A DNA stretch of 64,000 nucleotides from Bacteroidota bacterium (GTDB lineage: Bacteria; Bacteroidota; Bacteroidia; UKL13-3), in assembly GCA_947456185.1 (NCBI GenBank), contig CANGPW010000001.1, positions 17,884-81,883 of the forward strand. The letters are read 5' to 3'. This document shows positions 62,600 to 64,000 of this stretch, piece after piece. The translations under genes were made by a program, and so were the position numbers. How positions within the stretch are numbered: the stretch's first letter is position 1; each line of letters opens with the position of its first letter. The notes under the pieces were generated by a model. It saw nothing but the letters and a program-made list of their open reading frames with translations. It had not been told where the DNA came from and made no database searches.

Positions 62600-62899
62600 A
62601 TGGCTAATCATAAATCAGCAATAAAACGTAACAGAAGCAACGCAACAAAGCGTTTACGTAACCGTTACCAAGCAAAAACAACTCGTAGTGCTATTAAAGA
62701 ATTACGTTTATCTGAAGACAAAACTGCAGCTTCAGAACTTTACAAAAAAGTATCAAGCATGTTAGATAAATTGGCTAAACGTAGCATTATTCATAAAAAT
62801 AAAGCTGCTAACCAAAAATCTAAATTAGCTAAAGTAGTTAGTAAAATTGGAACAGCTCCTAAAAAAGTAGCTAAAACATATAAGAAAAAAGCGGCTTAA
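62600..62899 (+). CDS. rpsT: 30S ribosomal protein S20
   Basis: MANHKSAIKR and IIHKNKAANQKSKL motifs. Confidence 0.97.
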   Translation: MANHKSAIKRNRSNATKRLRNRYQAKTTRSAIKELRLSEDKTAASELYKKVSSMLDKLAKRSIIHKNKAANQKSKLAKVVSKIGTAPKKVAKTYKKKAA

Positions 62900-62928
62900 T
62901 TACCCTTTTTCAATTAAATTATTATTTT

Positions 62929-62965
62929 AAAAGCTTGCTCATTCACCATGGGTAAGCTTTTTTTT
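62929..62965 (+). terminator. rpsT terminator
   Basis: AAAAGCTTGCTCAT / ATGGGTAAGCTTTT plus T-run. Confidence 0.7.
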
Positions 62966-63013
62966 GTTTTAAAGTTATTAAAACTATTTTGCACTAAATT
63001 AAAAAAAGGTAAA

Positions 63014-63715
63014 ATGGAAGACAGTTTTGATAAATTTAATGGTATTAAAGCTTGGGCAGAAGATGACAGACCAAGAGAAAAATTTATTCTTAAAGGTAAA
63101 AACTCACTAAGCAGCGCTGAACTTTTAGCCATACTTATTGGAACGGGAACCAGGAAAGAATCTGCGGTAGATTTAGGTAGAAAAATACTTCAACTAACCA
63201 GCGAAAACTTAAATGATTTAGCAAAATTATCAATTACTGATTTAAAAAAAATAAAAGGTATTGGCGAAGCTAAAGCCATAACAATTGCGGCTGCACTCGA
63301 ATTAGGAAGAAGAAGAAAAGAGGAAGATGCCAAAGAAATACAAATCATTACTTCCTCGCGCGATGCATATAATTATTTTGAACCTTTGATATCAGATTTG
63401 CCACACGAAGAATTTTGGATTTTATTATTGGCAAGAAATAAAAAAGTAATTATAAAAAAACAAATTAGCGCTGGAGGCATAGCCGGAACAGTGGTTGATT
63501 TAAAAATTATTTTTAAACTTGCACTCGAAAATTTAGCAAGTTATATGGTGTTATGTCATAACCATCCTTCTGGAAATTTAACACCAAGTTCGGCTGATAT
63601 TCAGATTACTAAAAACATAAAAGCGGCTGGCAAAATATTGGAAATTGAAATTATAGATCACATTATAATTGGCGGCAACAAGTATTATAGTTTTGCCGAT
63701 AACGACATTTTTTAA
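63014..63715 (+). CDS. radC: RadC family JAB-domain protein
   Basis: DDRPREK, KGIGEAKA, HNHPSG and DHIIIG motifs; ATG 63014. Confidence 0.95.
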   Translation: MEDSFDKFNGIKAWAEDDRPREKFILKGKNSLSSAELLAILIGTGTRKESAVDLGRKILQLTSENLNDLAKLSITDLKKIKGIGEAKAITIAAALELGRRRKEEDAKEIQIITSSRDAYNYFEPLISDLPHEEFWILLLARNKKVIIKKQISAGGIAGTVVDLKIIFKLALENLASYMVLCHNHPSGNLTPSSADIQITKNIKAAGKILEIEIIDHIIIGGNKYYSFADNDIF

Positions 63716-63773
63716 ACTTTTATCGCATTCTTGCATCGTAAGCATTATTCTATTTTTTAAAACCAAAAGTTAA

Positions 63774-64000
63774 TTGAAAACTGAACTAAGCGACAATGAA
63801 TTAATTTTAAAATTTGCAGTTGAGAAAACTCGAACTGCTGCTTTTGAATTAATTCTAGAAAAATACCAAAAGAAAACCTATTGGCATATTCGCAGAATAG
63901 TGATTAACCATGATGATGCAGACGATGTTTTGCAAAATACTTTTATAAAGGTTTGGGAAAATTTAAGTAAATTCAGAGAAGATAGTAAGCTATATACTTG
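63774..64000 (+). CDS. ECF sigma factor, 5' fragment (runs off window)
   Basis: Hand translation ...YQKKTYWHIRRIVINHDDADDVLQNTFIKVWENLSKFREDSKLYT matches sigma-70 ECF region 2. Confidence 0.85.
   Translation, partial: MKTELSDNELILKFAVEKTRTAAFELILEKYQKKTYWHIRRIVINHDDADDVLQNTFIKVWENLSKFREDSKLYT

Noticed and set aside
63014..63715. radC as a mobile-element marker
   Set aside because: Full-length chromosomal type next to rpsT, in a core context

Overview
AT-rich bacterial chromosome segment, almost certainly Bacteroidota: it has TAnnTTTG promoter boxes, gldH and four proteins with T9SS C-terminal sorting domains. Most of the window is housekeeping: ruvC, tilS, truA, citrate synthase, ltaE, holB-ricT-gldH, purF, recR, thyA, clpX, ald, tig, dut, purS, pssA, iscA, rpsT, radC and three tRNAs. 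It also encodes a 2921-aa triple beta-helix/PKD surface protein, an S8 protease and a tandem AAA ATPase. Two regions stand out. (1) At 42.3-44.3 kb there is an integron-like gene-cassette array without an integrase in the window. It has attC-like TAAC...GTTA hairpins, and the GNAT cassette ends (GTTATAGGC / GCCTATAAC) are exact reverse complements. It is followed to 52.4 kb by gene modules bounded by composite repeats. (2) At 30.9-31.6 kb a small GIY-YIG nuclease sits among three copies of the tRNA-Pro 3' half, and in each copy the T-loop region is replaced at the same position by a short palindrome. Many REP-like palindromes and 7-nt repeats are scattered through the window, one set lying in-frame in a signal peptide. 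All calls are from reading the sequence; no database searches were run.
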